A stretch of DNA of 19,601 nucleotides from an archaeon (GTDB lineage Archaea > Undinarchaeota > Undinarchaeia > Undinarchaeales > JBDRKL01), in assembly GCA_043814055.1 (NCBI GenBank), contig JBDRKL010000005.1, positions 1-19,601 of the forward strand, in the 5' to 3' direction. Shown in pieces: positions 15,664-19,601 of the stretch. A program made the translations under genes and the position numbers. Positions within the stretch are counted from its first letter, which is position 1, and each line of letters opens with the position of its first letter. The notes under the pieces are model-generated. The model had not been told where the DNA came from and did not search any database. It was given only the letters and a program-made list of their open reading frames with translations.

Positions 15664-16110
15664 TTATTTCCTGCGTATGAGGCGGTCAAGTTCTGAGTGC
15701 TCTTCTTGGAGGTGGTTTAGCTTTTCGTCAATGGCAGTCATGTACTGCACTTGCCTATTGCCCTCGTTCTTCTGGTATTCAAGGTTTGAGTTTATCATTT
15801 CTATTTTTGATTCAAGAACTTCAAGCTTGCTGCGGATAAAATCAAGCGTGGCCTGTACAACTTGGCTGTTGTCTATTCGGGGCGTAATTGGTGCGGTGCG
15901 GGGTTCTGGCTCAGCTAATTCAGGCTCAGGTTCTGACTTTTCAAAATCGCCGAACTCCTTGTCCAAATCAAACTCACCCTTGTCCGCGCCGCCCTCCCCC
16001 GGGGAGTCTTCAAGATCATCAAGTTCTTCGTCCAAATCCTCGTCGCCAAGACCTTCAACCCCGTCGTGGATGCGCCCAGTCATTTTCTTGGCTATGTCGC
16101 GTATGCCCAT
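15664..16110 (-). CDS. Hypothetical protein: N-terminal amphipathic peptide, long acidic linker, C-terminal coiled coil
   Basis: Starts MGIRDIAKKMTG, has a D/E-rich disordered middle and a heptad pattern from LDFIRSKLEVLESKIEMINSNL. TTTATA upstream on the minus strand. Confidence 0.75.
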   Translation of the reverse strand: MGIRDIAKKMTGRIHDGVEGLGDEDLDEELDDLEDSPGEGGADKGEFDLDKEFGDFEKSEPEPELAEPEPRTAPITPRIDNSQVVQATLDFIRSKLEVLESKIEMINSNLEYQKNEGNRQVQYMTAIDEKLNHLQEEHSELDRLIRRK

Positions 16111-16153
16111 GGCTCAGAATAAAGTCCTTGAGTATAAATGTTTTGTCAAAAGA

Positions 16154-16384
16154 TTATAGCAGTACAGTTGCGAGGTACAGCGATAGGGAGGATGCAACAA
16201 CCGCGACCACACCAAGCAGCGCACGAAGTGACCCCTTGAATGCACTAGGCATAAACTGCACGGCAACAACTGCCAAAATCAAGAAGAAGAGTGGCGGGAG
16301 AACCTTGTTTGAGAATGTCGCTAGCCACTGTGGAACCCCCTTATTTAAGGAGTTCTTCCCAGGTTTTGCATACGATTTTTTCAT
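16154..16384 (-). CDS. Small hypothetical membrane protein (2 TM)
   Basis: Basic N-terminus followed by two hydrophobic segments. Fits the gap between neighbouring genes. Confidence 0.6.
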   Translation of the reverse strand: MKKSYAKPGKNSLNKGVPQWLATFSNKVLPPLFFLILAVVAVQFMPSAFKGSLRALLGVVAVVASSLSLYLATVLL

Positions 16385-16504
16385 TTTTGTAGCGTATCAA
16401 GAAAAAAGACTGACTCAGTTTAAGGGGGTTTGTCGTGTATATATACTTTGTTATTGCCCATTATCGCTAAGGATATATGCTCGCACATACTTATTCAGTG
16501 CAGG

Positions 16505-18658
16505 ATGGTTGAACACAAATACCTGAAAACCGGGGTGATGAAACCGCGGTTATATCAGGAAATCATACTAGGAACCGCGATCAAGAAAAACACGCTTGTA
16601 GTTCTGCCCACGGGTTTAGGTAAGACACACATAGCCGCCTTGCTCGCGGCGAAGAGGCTGGGAGACTACCCAGATTCAAAAGTACTGTTTCTTGCTCCGA
16701 CCAAGCCGCTTGTGGAGCAGCATAGCGCGACGCTAAGAGAGGCTCTTGCTGTTGGTTCTGATGAGTTTAAAGTGTTTACAGGAGCGGTCGCCCCAGAAAA
16801 GCGCGAGGATATTTATAATGGTGCGCGGGTTCTCTTTGCAACTCCCCAGGTGATTCAGAATGACATTATTTCAAAAACCCTGTCGCTTGAAAATGTGTCT
16901 CTGCTAGTTGTTGATGAGGCGCATCGGGCGAGCGGAGAGTACCCCTATGGGTTCATAGCGAAGAAATATGTTGAAGCTGCGAAGAACCCGCGAATTCTGG
17001 CCCTCACCGCATCACCAGGGGGGAATAAGGAAGCTGTTGAGAATGTGTGCAAAGAACTTTTCATAGAGGCCATTGAGTCGCGGGGGAGAGCGGATGAGGA
17101 CGTAAAGGAATATGTCAAGCAGAGAGCCTTTGAGTGGATAGAAGTAGAACTGCCTACTGATTTTAGGAGAATAAAAGCGCACCTGGAGAGCATGCTTAAG
17201 GAGAGGTTGGAGGGTCTAAAAAAAGCCGGAATATTAAATAGTTCGTCGGTGTCATCGCTCAGAAAGAAGCAAATCCTGATACTCCAGGGGCAGTTGGCAG
17301 CCAAGGCGCCGGAGAACCCTGATTATTACATGCACCTGTCAACGCTTGCGGCGGTGATGAAGTTGTACCATAGTTTAGAGCTGATTGAGACCCAAGGGGT
17401 TGCGCCATTGTGTGAATATTTTGAAAAATTAGAGGTAGATAAGAGCAAGGCTGCGGCGGGTTTGGTGGTGGATTATAGGTTTAAGAGCGCGGCTGAACTC
17501 GCAGGGTTTATGAGGAATGCAGGGGAAGACCACCCGAAATTGGACAAACTCCTTGAGCTTTTGGCAGGAGAAGGTAAGGTGATTGTATTCGCAAACTATC
17601 GCTCGTCGGTGAATACGATAATGAAAGTGCTCAAGGAGCACGGAATTTCTGCGAAGAAACTTATCGGGCAAGCAAAGGATGGAATAACACAGAAGGAACA
17701 GGTTGTGAGGATAGAAGAGTTTAAAGAGGGCAAATTTAGAGTTCTTGTGTGCACGTCCGTTGGGGAAGAAGGGCTTGACATCCCGGCGGTGGATAGGGTT
17801 GTGTTTTATGAGCCTGTGCCTAGCGCGATAAGAAGCATACAGAGGAGCGGGAGAACCGCGAGGCACCGCCCAGGGAAGGTTAGTATATTGGTGGCGAAAG
17901 GCACTAGAGACCAGGCATATTATTGGAGTGCATATAGGAAGGAGGAGAAAATGAAAGACTCGCTGCGAGGCGTTGAGATGGGGAAAGCACAGGGAACTTT
18001 AGACAAGTACGCAGAGCAGGAAGGGATTATTATTTTTGCAGACTCGCGGGAAGCAGGGTCCGGCATCATAAAAAAAATATCTGCGCTTGGTGCAGAGGTG
18101 CGGATGAAAAATCTTGATGTTGCGGACTTTCAATTGTCAACGCGTGTGGGGGTTGAGAGGAAGAGCGCATCGGATTTCGTGCAGTCTCTTGTGGATGGGC
18201 GGCTGATGAAACAGGCGAAATCGCTGAGCGAACAGTTTGAAAAACCATTACTAATTGTGGAGGGGGGCTCATTATATAACATAAGGAACATTCATCCGAA
18301 TGCGATACGGGGTAGTTTGGCGTCGCTTGCTATTGATTTTGGTGTGCCCATTCTTTATTCAGAAAATGTGGATGACACTGCGGCGTTCCTTGTCGTGATA
18401 GCGAAGAGGGAGCAGTTGGATTTAAAAAAGGAAATTGTACTGAGAGGAGAGAGAAAACCGCTTGGCACTAAGGAGCTGCAACAATACGTTGTTGAGTCCC
18501 TGCCCAGTGTTGGCCCGTCGCTCGCAAAGAGAATGCTTGAGAGGTTTGGCACGGTTGAAAAGGTTATGACTGCAAAAGAAGGCGAGCTTCAGAAAATTGA
18601 CAAGTTGGGGGAGAAAAAAGCAAAAGGGATTAGAAAGGTTTTGGAGCAGGAGTATTAG
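16505..18658 (+). CDS. hef: Hef: SF2 DEAH helicase fused to ERCC4/XPF nuclease and (HhH)2
   Basis: Walker A PTGLGKT, VDEAHR, LTASP, EEGLDIP, QRSGRTAR, the nuclease motif VERKSASD, and a C-terminal HhH. Start set at MVEHKYLK (16505). Confidence 0.95.
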   Translation: MVEHKYLKTGVMKPRLYQEIILGTAIKKNTLVVLPTGLGKTHIAALLAAKRLGDYPDSKVLFLAPTKPLVEQHSATLREALAVGSDEFKVFTGAVAPEKREDIYNGARVLFATPQVIQNDIISKTLSLENVSLLVVDEAHRASGEYPYGFIAKKYVEAAKNPRILALTASPGGNKEAVENVCKELFIEAIESRGRADEDVKEYVKQRAFEWIEVELPTDFRRIKAHLESMLKERLEGLKKAGILNSSSVSSLRKKQILILQGQLAAKAPENPDYYMHLSTLAAVMKLYHSLELIETQGVAPLCEYFEKLEVDKSKAAAGLVVDYRFKSAAELAGFMRNAGEDHPKLDKLLELLAGEGKVIVFANYRSSVNTIMKVLKEHGISAKKLIGQAKDGITQKEQVVRIEEFKEGKFRVLVCTSVGEEGLDIPAVDRVVFYEPVPSAIRSIQRSGRTARHRPGKVSILVAKGTRDQAYYWSAYRKEEKMKDSLRGVEMGKAQGTLDKYAEQEGIIIFADSREAGSGIIKKISALGAEVRMKNLDVADFQLSTRVGVERKSASDFVQSLVDGRLMKQAKSLSEQFEKPLLIVEGGSLYNIRNIHPNAIRGSLASLAIDFGVPILYSENVDDTAAFLVVIAKREQLDLKKEIVLRGERKPLGTKELQQYVVESLPSVGPSLAKRMLERFGTVEKVMTAKEGELQKIDKLGEKKAKGIRKVLEQEY

Positions 18659-19074
18659 GTCTTGACTATATCGCGGCGGAAGTTTCTGTAATCATTAAGA
18701 AGGTTCAGCAACTCGATTAGAATCTCTGCTTTTATGTCGCCAACTACCACCCCAGAGGGCAGGTTCTCCCAACGGGTTAGTGCAGGAGGCGCCCCGCCTG
18801 CCTCTAGCTCTGCGTTCCAGAGGAGCTCACAGCAGAACCACGCCGCCTCTGCAAGCTTCTTGCCTTCTCGGAGAATCTCATTGCCGCGGGTTGGTCTGCG
18901 CTTCGCGTCGCTTATGTAGCTCTTCTCAAAATCGTTTATCCAGACCCGGAGTTTGTTGGCGTTGGCGGCGATGACGGTCACTTCAACCGCGCCGGTGTCA
19001 TCGTTGATTGCATCCCTGCATGCATATCTTATATTTCGCAACTCATTCTCAAGCCGCCTTACTGCTTCAACCAT
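18655..19074 (-). CDS. Hypothetical protein (139 aa, mostly helical)
   Basis: Open frame converging on hef with a 4-nt stop overlap. TATA-like ATATAA about 25 nt upstream. Confidence 0.65.
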   Translation of the reverse strand: MVEAVRRLENELRNIRYACRDAINDDTGAVEVTVIAANANKLRVWINDFEKSYISDAKRRPTRGNEILREGKKLAEAAWFCCELLWNAELEAGGAPPALTRWENLPSGVVVGDIKAEILIELLNLLNDYRNFRRDIVKT

Positions 19075-19157
19075 ACCTTAGAGTGGTTGTGCGATTACTT
19101 ATATTTTCGTGTGAGAAGGGGAAGATTTAAATAATTGTTTTCCATATTGTAAATAAT

Positions 19158-19523
19158 ATGAGTGAGGAGAAGAAAAAACGCGGCAGACCGTTCAAAAGCG
19201 CTATACGAGAGCGTATGCAATCAATTTTAGACGGGCTTGGTGTCGCCTATGGCTATGAAATCTACAAAGTGTACCGCGACGCGTACGCGCCAATCGATAT
19301 CCGTTCTATTTACTATCATTTAAATAGAGGTACTTTGTTAGGAGAGTTTGAAGAGGTCGCAACAAAGGAAGAGCGGGGTGCGTTTACCTGGGGACCGGCA
19401 AGCACACGAAAGTATTATAAATTGGGGTTGGCTGCCACAAAGAAAGTGAATGATGATTTACACATAATAATCAAAACACTTGGTTTGAGTTATCGCGAGC
19501 CGTCGGCAATATTTGAGAAATAA
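19158..19523 (+). CDS. Winged-helix protein (PadR-like) with an N-terminal AT-hook-like KKRGRP motif
   Basis: YGYEIYK...IRSIYYHLNRG...RKYYKL resembles the PadR wHTH pattern. TTTAAATA at about 19126-19133. Confidence 0.75.
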   Translation: MSEEKKKRGRPFKSAIRERMQSILDGLGVAYGYEIYKVYRDAYAPIDIRSIYYHLNRGTLLGEFEEVATKEERGAFTWGPASTRKYYKLGLAATKKVNDDLHIIIKTLGLSYREPSAIFEK

Positions 19524-19548
19524 GAACCCAGACCCCTTGGGTTCTTTT
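19522..19548 (+). terminator. Hairpin terminator
   Basis: AAGAACCCA-GACCCCT-TGGGTTCTT, a perfect 9-bp stem at the stop codon, ending in TTTT. Confidence 0.6.
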
Positions 19549-19601
19549 GGAAAAAATTATCATGTGTGTGATGGTTTTTTGTTATATATTATATATTATC
19601 T

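Noticed and set aside
16430-16504. 25-aa N-terminal extension of Hef in the ORF track (similarly 12536-12610 for the PRC-barrel gene)
   Set aside because: The extensions overlap AT-rich promoter-like sequence and lack domain character. The downstream ATGs fit better.
15659-16526. Plus-strand ORFs 15659-16159 and 15888-16526
   Set aside because: They are antisense to the more plausible 148-aa and 76-aa minus-strand genes, and their Ser/Arg/Pro-rich composition is typical of shadow frames.

Overview
Archaeal chromosomal segment. Evidence: TATA/BRE-type promoters, a BHB-intron tRNA, eL41/eS32, Hef and an archaeal-type PRPP synthase. A DPANN-like or other compact lineage is inferred, not proven. 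The left part is housekeeping: a pyrC(partial)-prs-rpiA operon on +, converging on a minus-strand run of M42 peptidase-serS-malic enzyme-topA. The right part holds a PC4/PUR-like protein, a PRC-barrel protein, a single-KH protein with an M50 protease, an orphan ORF, purB, two small hypotheticals, hef and two more hypotheticals. The most unusual part is the middle (~7660-11780). There, unusually long intergenic spacers carry three separate families of DNA motifs: a duplicated 23-bp palindromic box, polarised TTGTGAGRGTT repeats, and TGTCAAC repeats that include a dif-like 28-mer. These surround three winged-helix genes, one with an amphipathic-helix/coiled-coil/wHTH layout. The same stretch has a 35-aa ribosomal eL41 gene missing from the ORF track and a tRNA-Gly(CCC) with two BHB introns (37/38 and 59/60). 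The region may be a chromosome replication, segregation or anchoring locus, but that is inference.
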